Part shown: in pieces, positions 51,485-60,103 of the stretch
Layout of the letters: each line of letters begins with the position of its first letter
How positions within the stretch are numbered: position 1 is the first letter of the stretch
Source: Acidobacteriota bacterium
Lineage (GTDB): Bacteria; Acidobacteriota; UBA6911; RPQK01; JAJDTT01
Length of the DNA: 64,000 bases
Direction of reading: 5' to 3'
NCBI GenBank assembly: GCA_965263035.1
Contig: OZ253580.1
Location: 288,001 to 352,000 of the forward strand
Notes under the pieces: generated by a model
Told to the model about the DNA's origin: nothing
The model's input: the letters and a program-made list of their open reading frames with translations, nothing else
The model's database searches: none
Program-made: the position numbers and the translations under genes

Positions 51485-52777
51485 TCAATCCACAACCAGG
51501 TCCCATCCGAAACCCGGCCGATCTGAGGGTCGCATGTAGATTCCCTCGGGGCCGCGGCTGATGTTGTTCTCTTCCTCGAATCGCTGGTAGACCTCATCAG
51601 GGCCACCGGGTGGGGGCAGGAACATCTCGCACCAGGGGCTGTTGGGCGTGGCCATGATGTAGTGGGGACCACCTCCACGCCAGCCACCGTGAGGAATAAC
51701 GGGAATGTCGTGGGTCGCAGCCAGGGCTCCGATTCGACGCAATTCGGTCAGCCCCCCACACCAGTTCATATCCGGCTGCCAGATGTCGGCCCCCTGGCAT
51801 TCCAGAAGCAATTGGAAGCCGTAGCGTGTGTACTCGTGTTCCCCGGTGGCCATCCGTGTCGAGCTGATTTGAGCATTGAGGCGTCCAAAGCCAGCGTAGT
51901 TGTCGGGTGGCAAGCACTCCTCCATCCAATACACACGGTAGGGCTCCAGGGCTTCGGCGAATTCGAGCGTGTAACGTTCGGTGAGGGCCATCCAGCAGTC
52001 GAGCATGATCTCGCCACTGGGTCCCAGGAGCTTGCGCGTCCGCTCTACCAACTCCACGTTCTTCTTCATTCCCTGAAGGCCGTCCGCCGGCCCGTAGGGG
52101 ACCGCGAGCTTGAGCTTGGTGTAACCAAACTCGATGTGCTGTTCCAGATCGTTACCGGTGCAATAACTCGGAATGCGTGACTTGGTTTCTCCTCCCAGGA
52201 GTTGGTACACGGGCATCTTCAGGGCGTTACCGACGAGGTCCCAAAGGGCGTTGTCTACCGCGCTGATGGCGTGCACCACCATTCCCTTGCGACCGTAGTA
52301 GAGCGTCGAGCGCCACATGATGTCCCAAAGTCGCTCCAGGTTGAACGGATCTTCGTCGATCAGTAGTTGAGCCAGGTGTTTCTCAATCACAAAACCCGCA
52401 CCTGGCCCCCCATAACCAATCCCTCGAACTCCCTTGTCCGTCGTGATTTCTACTGCCGACGGCCCCAGGTCTGGGGCCATGAACAATGATCGACGAGCCT
52501 TGTATTCAGGATAGATAGACATCGGATTCGCCACTTCGACGTTACCTGTCGACCAGGAGCCGGGAGTTGGTTTGTAGGTGGGCAGCGGTCGTCTTGGCCT
52601 GGGGTCAACCATACGGACACCGGTGATCTTCAGCTTGCTTCGTTCCTCGGAGAACGGCGGCGAAGGAGTAGTTGGCATGACGCCTTCCTTTTTCTGGGCC
52701 CAGAGCGCGGCAGTGCTGATCGAACTCATCAAGCCTGCCTGTAAGAAATTGCGGCGATCCATCAGGTGGCGATCCAT
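51485..52777 (-). CDS. Mandelate racemase/enolase-superfamily acid-sugar dehydratase (RhmD-like) with a Tat-type leader
   Basis: MDRRNFLQAG, ANPMSIYPEYK, AISAVDNALWDL, MLDCWM, WMEE, TGEHEYT, QPD..WCGG. Confidence 0.85.
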   Translation of the reverse strand: MDRHLMDRRNFLQAGLMSSISTAALWAQKKEGVMPTTPSPPFSEERSKLKITGVRMVDPRPRRPLPTYKPTPGSWSTGNVEVANPMSIYPEYKARRSLFMAPDLGPSAVEITTDKGVRGIGYGGPGAGFVIEKHLAQLLIDEDPFNLERLWDIMWRSTLYYGRKGMVVHAISAVDNALWDLVGNALKMPVYQLLGGETKSRIPSYCTGNDLEQHIEFGYTKLKLAVPYGPADGLQGMKKNVELVERTRKLLGPSGEIMLDCWMALTERYTLEFAEALEPYRVYWMEECLPPDNYAGFGRLNAQISSTRMATGEHEYTRYGFQLLLECQGADIWQPDMNWCGGLTELRRIGALAATHDIPVIPHGGWRGGGPHYIMATPNSPWCEMFLPPPGGPDEVYQRFEEENNISRGPEGIYMRPSDRPGFGWDLVVD

Positions 52778-52876
52778 CAGGTATAGAAACGGGAAATTGT
52801 CGTTTGCAGCTGGATGTTAAATGGCTATCGAGTCAGGAGTCAACGCGATCGGCGCTGTTGGGGATCGGGTCCGGCG

Positions 52877-53020
52877 ACAGGGGTCGGGAAGTACGGTTAC
52901 CCGGCTCCCCTCCCTCCGAACCGCACGTGCGGTTCTCCCGCATACGGCTCTCCAGTCAGTAGGTTCCTGTGGATTGGACGAAACGAAGATATGCCCACGC
53001 TCGACATAATTCTGCGCCAA
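52877..53020 (-). mobile_element. 3' remnant (DV-DVI) of a non-IIC group II intron
   Basis: Minus strand GAGAGCCGTATGCGGGAGAACCGCACGTGCGGTTCGGAGGGAGGGG is a canonical DV with AGC triad; degenerate DVI ...CCGACCCCTGT; no RT or 5' domains seen. Confidence 0.8.
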
Positions 53021-53302
53021 CCGGGGTTTGACCCTTCCTCACACACACAAGGTGACTGTCCCCTTCTCAAGCAAGGAAATCAGACTGGTCCGATAAGTAA
53101 TCTCATCGGGTCAGGAAATATGGGGAATTGCCGGAACTTTCGGACGACGGGCGCAACATTGAGACCAGGAGCGGATCTTTCGGAGAAGGGTGGAAAGTTC
53201 GGATGAGGGGCTAGTTGTCCGAAAGGGCCGCGTCCAGCCACAGCCAATGGGGGCATCTTCGACTATCACGGGAACGTGCGGTAGATTGGGAATTGTTGAA
53301 TC

Positions 53303-53557
53303 ATGATTGAATACCCCGTGTTGATGGATGGTAAGGCGGGGGCGTACGGGGTTTCGTTTCCAGATCTGCCGGGGATCGTCGCCATGGGAGTGACCAAGGA
53401 CGAGGCCCTGCTACAGGCAGAACGGGCGCTTAGAGACTGCGCGATCGAAACCGAACGAGCCTGCGAGGACAGGGAACCACCGAGTGCGCTCGAACAGATC
53501 GAAATCCCGCCCGGGCACACTCTCGTTTCCGTATTACTGCCATCAACAACACCGTAA
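53303..53557 (+). CDS. hicB: HicB-like antitoxin (solo, N-terminal domain only)
   Basis: YPV......YGVSFPDLPGIVAMG.T.DEAL..A..AL....PPS. Confidence 0.75.
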   Translation: MIEYPVLMDGKAGAYGVSFPDLPGIVAMGVTKDEALLQAERALRDCAIETERACEDREPPSALEQIEIPPGHTLVSVLLPSTTP

Positions 53558-53598
53558 GAGACGCTGCGATGGACCGTACCCGGCACGACGGTTGATCA

Positions 53599-54774
53599 GT
53601 GATGGAGGCAACGCGTTTGAACCCAACAAGGACCCTTATGGCGCTTTTCCAAAGGCGACTCTTGCCGGTTGCCGTACTGCTCGCCGCTGCCGGACTGATT
53701 TGGGCTCCTATGACCGGTGGCGCCGGTCATGCCATTCCCGACATCTCGGGAAAGATCCTGACGGTGAGGGGACCCGTCGATCCAGCCGAGGTGGGCCCCA
53801 CCATCATGCACGAGCACGTCCTGCTCGACTATCGCGGAAAACCCAAGGAGGGGCTCACTGCCACTGAAGCGGCGTACTACAAAGAACCGGTTTCCCTCCG
53901 GAATCTGAGCCGGCTCCGCTCCTGGATCTCGCCCAACGAAGACAACATGTTGCTGGGCGACGTGGACGTGGCCATCCGCGAAGTCCTGGAGTTCAAGCGC
54001 TGGGGGGGCAGCGGGATCGTGGACTGCACCAGCATCGGACTGGGGCGCGACCCTACGGGTCTGCTCCAGGTCTCCAACGCCACCGGACTCCACATCGTCA
54101 TGGGTGCCGGTTGGTACATCCACTCATTCCACCCAGCGGACATGGGTTCCCGGACGTTGGAGGAACTGACCGAGATCATCATCAAGGACATCACCGTCGG
54201 AGCCGAGGGCACGGCGGTCCGGTCCGGCATCATCGGTGAAGTGGGCGTGGGAACGGCACTCAATCCGAATGAGCTCAAGAGCACCCGTGCCGCCGCCCGC
54301 GCCAGCCGGGCCACCGGAGCCGCCATTTCCTTTCACCATGCCGGCCGCGGCGAGGGGAAATTCACCGTCCTGGACATGGTGGAGGCGGAGGGCGCCGATC
54401 TGAACCGGGTCATCATCGGACACTCCAACCACATCGCCACCCAGATCCCCTACATGAGACGGCTTCTGGAGCGGGGCGTCTACATCCAATTCGACCTTAT
54501 GGGCGAGGTAATTCCCCGGCTGGGCCGGGTCCACGACTACGACACGGTCCGGTCCATCGTCCAACTGATCCGGGATGGATACGCGGACCGGCTGCTCCTC
54601 TCGCAGGACGTCTGCACCAAGACCATGATGAAGACCTACGGCGGCATGGGGTTTTCCTTCGTGATGGAGTTCGTCCTGCCCGAGCTGAGGCGTCTGGGGG
54701 CTCCGGAGGAGGCCCTCCATCAGATCATGGTGGAGAACCCGCGCCGGGTTCTGACCTTCGCCAAGCCGGGATAG
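53599..54774 (+). CDS. Phosphotriesterase-family metal hydrolase with a signal peptide
   Basis: TIMHEHV, GLGRD, GIIGEVG, IIGH, LLLSQD, ENPRRVL; start may be 53638. Confidence 0.88.
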   Translation: MMEATRLNPTRTLMALFQRRLLPVAVLLAAAGLIWAPMTGGAGHAIPDISGKILTVRGPVDPAEVGPTIMHEHVLLDYRGKPKEGLTATEAAYYKEPVSLRNLSRLRSWISPNEDNMLLGDVDVAIREVLEFKRWGGSGIVDCTSIGLGRDPTGLLQVSNATGLHIVMGAGWYIHSFHPADMGSRTLEELTEIIIKDITVGAEGTAVRSGIIGEVGVGTALNPNELKSTRAAARASRATGAAISFHHAGRGEGKFTVLDMVEAEGADLNRVIIGHSNHIATQIPYMRRLLERGVYIQFDLMGEVIPRLGRVHDYDTVRSIVQLIRDGYADRLLLSQDVCTKTMMKTYGGMGFSFVMEFVLPELRRLGAPEEALHQIMVENPRRVLTFAKPG

Positions 54775-54928
54775 TGTTCGTTCGACGCCGGCGTCGGCTT
54801 TCCCACCGTCGACAATCAATTCACCGGCGATGCCCCAGACCCGGCGCTCTCGAAGTAGGCCACTCTCAACCCTGAAACGAGCCACTATGCACTGAAGGCG
54901 GACCTGTCTATCGATAGGTCCCCTCTTG

Positions 54929-55074
54929 GAAGCTCTTCCACCGGTCGGGGCTCGGCGAAATCCCGGAAGAAATGGGATGGGGGCGGCGGTTTCCAACCGC
55001 CGAACTCCGGACGGAGCATGGGGCAATGAACGTACGGAGAAACGGAGGAATGGGCGACTGGAAATCGCCCCTCC
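54929..55074. repeat. REP/REPIN-like element, subfamily A, copy 3
   Basis: ggcggcggtttccaaccgccga ... gggcgactggaaatcgcccctcc; inverted homolog of 2851-2996. Confidence 0.85.
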
Positions 55075-55112
55075 AAGGCACCCCTACATTCTTCTCAGAA
55101 GCAGGTTTTCGG

Positions 55113-55955
55113 TCAGGGTGTGTGCGCATCAAGGAATGCACGGAGATGGTTCGTCAGGATCTCCGGCTGGTCGATTGGAATCAGGGTCCAGCTGTCGTCG
55201 ACCCACACCAACTGCGAGTTCTCGAAATGCTCGGACAGTCGTTGGGCGTGGGCGGGCGGCATCAGCTTGTCCTCACGTGCCCAGACGATGAGGACCGGCC
55301 CGCGGAACGAGCGCTGTTGCTCGGCCCACTCGAGGAGCACCCTTTTCTTCGGTACGTTTCGAAGGTACTTGTTCAGGTCACGACGAACCTTCCGGTTGTG
55401 GCGCGCAGGATGAATCCAGCCCATAAAGATGTCGTTGGGTACCCGCCTCTTCGACACGGTGCCGAAAGTCAGAGGAAGATGCCGGATCCAGCGAGGCCGC
55501 AATAATTGGACCGACATGAAGGTGCCGCCTGGCAGGAACGCGTTGAGGCAGAGCAGCCGGCCGGGGAGGCCGGGCGGGTAGTTATCGAAGGCTTCGCAGG
55601 AGACGAGGACCAGATTTGCGACACGATCGGACCCTCCGGGGCTGATGACGAGTTGCGCGCCGCCCCAGTCGTTGCAAACGAGTGTGACGTTGTATAGGTC
55701 GAGTTCCACGAGGAATTCGGCAATCATGGTCGCGATCGATTCGAGGGAAAGGTCAGAATCATCGGGCATCGGCGACTGGTGCGCGCCGAAAGGCAGCAGC
55801 GGGACGATGCAACGGTAGCGATCTCGTAGACCGTCGACCACCTCGTCCCACAAGCTTTGGTTCATGAGCACCCCATGCAGCAACACAACGACCGGTCCGT
55901 CGCCACCGGTGTCCGCGTACCTGAAGCCGGCCGTAGTTGGTCGGTCGATTTGCAT
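55113..55955 (-). CDS. Alpha/beta hydrolase (epoxide hydrolase/dehalogenase-like)
   Basis: LLHG, NDWGG nucleophile elbow. Confidence 0.85.
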   Translation of the reverse strand: MQIDRPTTAGFRYADTGGDGPVVVLLHGVLMNQSLWDEVVDGLRDRYRCIVPLLPFGAHQSPMPDDSDLSLESIATMIAEFLVELDLYNVTLVCNDWGGAQLVISPGGSDRVANLVLVSCEAFDNYPPGLPGRLLCLNAFLPGGTFMSVQLLRPRWIRHLPLTFGTVSKRRVPNDIFMGWIHPARHNRKVRRDLNKYLRNVPKKRVLLEWAEQQRSFRGPVLIVWAREDKLMPPAHAQRLSEHFENSQLVWVDDSWTLIPIDQPEILTNHLRAFLDAHTP

Positions 55956-56058
55956 CTGGAGACCCCGTTTTCGGTGTGTGACGAGACAGGCTTCTTCTCG
56001 AAGCCGTGTCGGGTAGACCTCGGCATCCCATCTGGCGGAGCGTCACCGGGGACGGTCC

Positions 56059-57405
56059 TTACTGCTTGATGACGGTGCCGTCCCGTCTCCGAATCACCCC
56101 CCAGCCGCCGTTGTACTCCTTTCTCTCTCCCGACTCGAAGCTTCCGAAGGGGTACTTGCGCGCCGCCGCTTCGTCCACCTCGATGCCCCAGCCGGGTTTC
56201 TCGCTGGCGAACAGGTAGCCGTTGCGGTATTCGGGGCAGCCCTGGAACACCTCAAGTTCGCGCTCCGAGAACCCGGAGAACTCCTGGATGCCGAAGTTGT
56301 GACAGGCCAGATCCAGGGCGACGTTGGCGGCATGCCCGATCGGTGAGACGTCGCCGGGACCGTGCCAAGCGGTGCGCACGCCGAAGAGCTCTCCCAGGGC
56401 CGCGATCTTACGGCAGGGGGTCAGCCCGCCCGCTTGGGAGATGTGGATGCGGATGTAGTCGAAGAGCCTTTCCGAAATGAGGGGGATCCACTCGTGGGGG
56501 CTGTTGAAGAGCTCTCCCATGGCCATGGGGGTCGTCGAGTGGTTCCGGATCAAGCGGAAGTAGGCGATGTCCTCGGGAGAGAGGGGGTCCTCCAGAAAGA
56601 AGAGGCGAAACTGCTCCACGTCCTTGCAGAGTTGGAGCGCCTGGGTGGGGGTGATCCGCTCGTGCACGTCGTGGAGCAGTTCCACCTCGTCCCCCAGTTG
56701 TTTGCGGCACTCCTCGAACAGGGCCAGGATCCGGCGTATATACGGGGCCGGTTCGAAGACCGGATCCTGATGCAGCTTTTCCGCCGAGCGGCCTCCGCCG
56801 CCGCCTCCGTAGCCTGACATCCCCGGCACACCCACCTGCACCCGGACGTGGCGGACGCCATCCTCCATATAGGACCGGGCCATTTCGATGACCTGGCCGA
56901 TCTCGGCTCCGCTGGCATGCCGGTAACAGTCGGCTGCTTCCCGGCATTTCCCACCCAGAAGCTGATAGACCGGCAGCCCGGCCTGGCGCCCCTTGATGTC
57001 CCAGAGGGCCATGTCCACTCCACTGAGGGCATTGTTCAGGACCGGACCGTTCCGCCAGTAGGAGCTGTTGTAGCAGGCCTGCCACGTGTCATCGATCCGA
57101 TCGGCCGGCTTGCCCACCAGAAACGGCTTCAGGTAATTCTCCACCGCCGGAACCACCAGGTCGGCCCGCTGCGTGAAGGTGGCGCATCCGTAGCCGTAGA
57201 GGCCATCCTGATCGGTGAGGACCTTCACCACCACCAGACGCAGACCTCTCGGAGCGGTGGCGATGACCTGGATGTCCCGGATCCGGGGAGAAGGCATGCC
57301 CCGGGTCCTTTTCTCCACCAGCGCCCGGGCGCCGAGTTCCTTCGAGGACACGACGCCGGAGAGAGCGCCGGCAGCCAAGCCGCCCAGAAGTCCACGTCTG
57401 TGCAT
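56059..57405 (-). CDS. Mandelate racemase family dehydratase (ManD/RspA-like) with a Tat-like leader
   Basis: MHRRGLLGG, GCATFTQR, YWRNGP, LHDVHE, FLED, MGE, AWHGPGDVSP. Confidence 0.88.
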   Translation of the reverse strand: MHRRGLLGGLAAGALSGVVSSKELGARALVEKRTRGMPSPRIRDIQVIATAPRGLRLVVVKVLTDQDGLYGYGCATFTQRADLVVPAVENYLKPFLVGKPADRIDDTWQACYNSSYWRNGPVLNNALSGVDMALWDIKGRQAGLPVYQLLGGKCREAADCYRHASGAEIGQVIEMARSYMEDGVRHVRVQVGVPGMSGYGGGGGGRSAEKLHQDPVFEPAPYIRRILALFEECRKQLGDEVELLHDVHERITPTQALQLCKDVEQFRLFFLEDPLSPEDIAYFRLIRNHSTTPMAMGELFNSPHEWIPLISERLFDYIRIHISQAGGLTPCRKIAALGELFGVRTAWHGPGDVSPIGHAANVALDLACHNFGIQEFSGFSERELEVFQGCPEYRNGYLFASEKPGWGIEVDEAAARKYPFGSFESGERKEYNGGWGVIRRRDGTVIKQ

Positions 57406-57506
57406 TTTTCTTCTCCTCCCCATCAAATTGAGAATCCTGCGCTCTGCCGGTTCACCCGCCATAGTAGACTGGGCCGGATCACCAGATAAGCCGAAGCGAG
57501 CGACGC

Positions 57507-58469
57507 ATGAATACTCTGACCCGACGCCGCTGGATGTCCGGCTTGGCCCTGGCCGCGGCCGTCGGACAAGGAGGCCGGGCCGCACCATCCGGACCCGCCA
57601 TCGTCGACGCCAATGCCCACGTCTGGTCCCCCGACTTCCAAAAGTATCCTCTGGCGCCGGGACTGACCAGAGAGGACCTCTGGTTTCCCAGCTTCACGGT
57701 CGAGGAACTGGTCCAGCGGGGAAGCCGAGCCGGGGTGACCCGCTACAACCTGATTCAGATGACCTGTTACGGCCTCGACCACAGCTACATCCTCGACGCC
57801 ATCGCCGACGCGCCTGACCGGTTCGTCGGCACCGGAATCGTTCCCGCCTTCAGCGACGTTTCCCTTCCCGGTCCCGACCGGACCATGACGGCCCTGGCCC
57901 GCGGCGGCATCTACGCGTTCCGGATCCGGGGACGGTCGACGCGTCCGGACCTGGGAAACAGGGAACGCTGGATGGATCACCCGGGCTTCGACCAGATGTT
58001 CGCCGCCGGAGCCCGGCACGACCTCTGCCTGAGCTTCCTCATGACTCCGGCGGACCTGCCCGAGTTGGACCGCATGTGCCGTCGCTTCCCCGAAACTCCT
58101 GTGATCATCGACCACTTTTGCCTGATCGGCAAGCAGTCCGAATCGGTGGAGAAGCAGACCCGGGCCCTGTGCCGCATGGCGCGACACCCCCGGGTGATGC
58201 TCAAGCTGGGCGCGTTCTACGCCCTGGGCAAGAAGAAACCGCCCTATCGGGACATGTTGCCGCTGATTCGCCGCCTGGTGGATGCGTTCGGCCCCGACCG
58301 GTGCATGTGGGAAAGCGACGCCCCGTTGCAGACCAGGAACGGCCACACTTTCGAGGCTGCCGTCGCCGTGATCCGGGATCATGCCGATTTCCTTTCCGCC
58401 TCGGACAAGCAGCAAATCCTGGCAGGAACGGCCGAGAAGCTGTTCTTCCGGCGCGGTCCGCCGGCGTGA
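57507..58469 (+). CDS. Amidohydrolase_2 family protein (lactonase-like) with a Tat-like leader
   Basis: TRRRWMSG leader, DANAHVW, IIDH, KLG, MWESDAP. Confidence 0.85.
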   Translation: MNTLTRRRWMSGLALAAAVGQGGRAAPSGPAIVDANAHVWSPDFQKYPLAPGLTREDLWFPSFTVEELVQRGSRAGVTRYNLIQMTCYGLDHSYILDAIADAPDRFVGTGIVPAFSDVSLPGPDRTMTALARGGIYAFRIRGRSTRPDLGNRERWMDHPGFDQMFAAGARHDLCLSFLMTPADLPELDRMCRRFPETPVIIDHFCLIGKQSESVEKQTRALCRMARHPRVMLKLGAFYALGKKKPPYRDMLPLIRRLVDAFGPDRCMWESDAPLQTRNGHTFEAAVAVIRDHADFLSASDKQQILAGTAEKLFFRRGPPA

Positions 58470-58583
58470 ACCTGCGACCGGGAAAACTTGGGACCGGGGA
58501 TCACCGCTCTCCCCATCCAGGCCGACGGCAGTAGCAGTCGGCGACCGGGGGCTCTAGAATGAAGCCCCAAGAGGAGTACTTCC

Positions 58584-59669
58584 ATGGAACTGGGATTTTT
58601 CACCATGCCTCTGCATCCGCCGGGGTCGGACTTCACTGAGACCCTGGACAGCGATCTGGAGCAGATCGTCACCCTGGACCAGCTGGGTTTCCAGGAGGCT
58701 TGGCTCGGCGAGCACTTCACCAGCGTCTGGGAGAACATACCCGCTCCCGACCTGCTCCTGGCCAGCGCCATTCCCCAGACCGAGCAGATCATCCTGGGCA
58801 CCGGTGTTACCTGCATGCCCAACCACAACCCCTTCGTCATCGCCAGCCGCATCGCCCAGCTGGATCACATGTGCCGCGGCAGATTCCATTGGGGCGTCGG
58901 ATCGGGCGGTTTTCCCGGCGACTTCGAGGTCTTCGGTTTCGATCCCAAGACCGGAGAGCAGAGAGGAATGACCCGCGACGCGGTCGACCTGGTGCTCCAG
59001 CTCTGGGAAGATCCGCGCCCCGGCCTGTACGAACACAAGCACTGGCGTTTCACCGTGCCGGAGCCCCAATCGGACATCGGTCTCCGGTTCCACCTGCAGC
59101 CCTACCAAAAACCTCACCCGCCCATCGGAGTTGCCGGCGTGTCGGTCAAATCCGGAACTCTGGTGCGGGCCGGAGAGCGGGGTTGGATTCCCATGAGCAT
59201 CAACATCGTGCCGACCCGGATTCTCCAGAGTCACTGGGAAGCGGTTCTGGAAGGAGCCGCCCGGACCGGACGGACTCCTGACAGGACCCAGTGGCGCGTG
59301 GCCCGAAACGTGTTCGTTGCGGATACGACGCAGGAAGCCAGAAGGTGCGTCCTGGAAGGGACCATGGCCCGAGACTTCGAGGACTATTTCCTTCGCCTGC
59401 TGCCCAAGTGCAAGATGCTCGACCTGATGAAGACCGATCCCGAGATGCCCGATTCGGAGGTGACCCCGGAATATCTGCTGGACAATCTTTGGCTCGTGGG
59501 CAGCCCTGACGACGTCGCCGGGAAGCTCCAACGGCTTCAGGCCGACTTGGGCGGCTTCGGGGTCCTCCTGGTCCTGGGTCACGAATGGGACCCGAAGGAT
59601 CGTTGGGTCGAGTCCATGAGGCTCCTGAAGGAGGAGGTCTTGCCCCGGGTCAACGGAGTTGGGGGGTGA
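58584..59669 (+). CDS. LLM-class flavin-dependent monooxygenase
   Basis: WLGEHF, IAQLDH..RGR, PYQKPHPP, VGSPDDV. Confidence 0.9.
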   Translation: MELGFFTMPLHPPGSDFTETLDSDLEQIVTLDQLGFQEAWLGEHFTSVWENIPAPDLLLASAIPQTEQIILGTGVTCMPNHNPFVIASRIAQLDHMCRGRFHWGVGSGGFPGDFEVFGFDPKTGEQRGMTRDAVDLVLQLWEDPRPGLYEHKHWRFTVPEPQSDIGLRFHLQPYQKPHPPIGVAGVSVKSGTLVRAGERGWIPMSINIVPTRILQSHWEAVLEGAARTGRTPDRTQWRVARNVFVADTTQEARRCVLEGTMARDFEDYFLRLLPKCKMLDLMKTDPEMPDSEVTPEYLLDNLWLVGSPDDVAGKLQRLQADLGGFGVLLVLGHEWDPKDRWVESMRLLKEEVLPRVNGVGG

Positions 59670-59675
59670 GAAATA

Positions 59676-59801
59676 GGAGCGGCGGCTTTCTTGCCGCCGA
59701 TTCAGGGGGGTTATGGGGGACGGTAAGTCCCCCCTCTTCAGTCGGCAGCAGGCGACAAGAAAGTCGCCCCTCCCAGCGGGCGACGAGAAAGTCGCTCCTC
59801 C
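59676..59801. repeat. REP/REPIN-like element, subfamily B, copy 4
   Basis: ggagcggcggctttcttgccgccga ... gggggacggtaagtccccc ... ggcgacaagaaagtcgcccctcc. Confidence 0.85.
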
Positions 59802-59845
59802 CGCGATGAGGTGAGCGGGTTGGAGGGTAGAGAGGAGTCAGGATC

Positions 59846-60103
59846 ATGGCAAGGTTCACGCTGAAAGATCTCGGGAAGCACGAAGAAGGCATCCTGGACT
59901 CCATCGACCTGCCGGAGCGGGACGCGCGGCGTTTCATGGAGCTGGGCTTCCTCCCTGGCTCCGTGGTTTCGGCCGCCGGACGTTCGCCGTTCGGCGACCC
60001 GCGGGTGTACCGGGTGGACGGCTCGGAAGTCGCCTTGCGCCGGGAGACGGCGGCCCGCCTGATTCTTCGCAAACCCGGTTCGCCCGGCCGGAAAGACTCA
60101 TGA
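59846..60103 (+). CDS. feoA: Ferrous iron transport protein A
   Basis: RFMELGFLPG, PFGDP, VALRR..A. Confidence 0.93.
   Translation: MARFTLKDLGKHEEGILDSIDLPERDARRFMELGFLPGSVVSAAGRSPFGDPRVYRVDGSEVALRRETAARLILRKPGSPGRKDS

Noticed and set aside
53020-53302. hicA partner upstream of hicB
   Set aside because: No ORF with the HicA GSH motif could be read.
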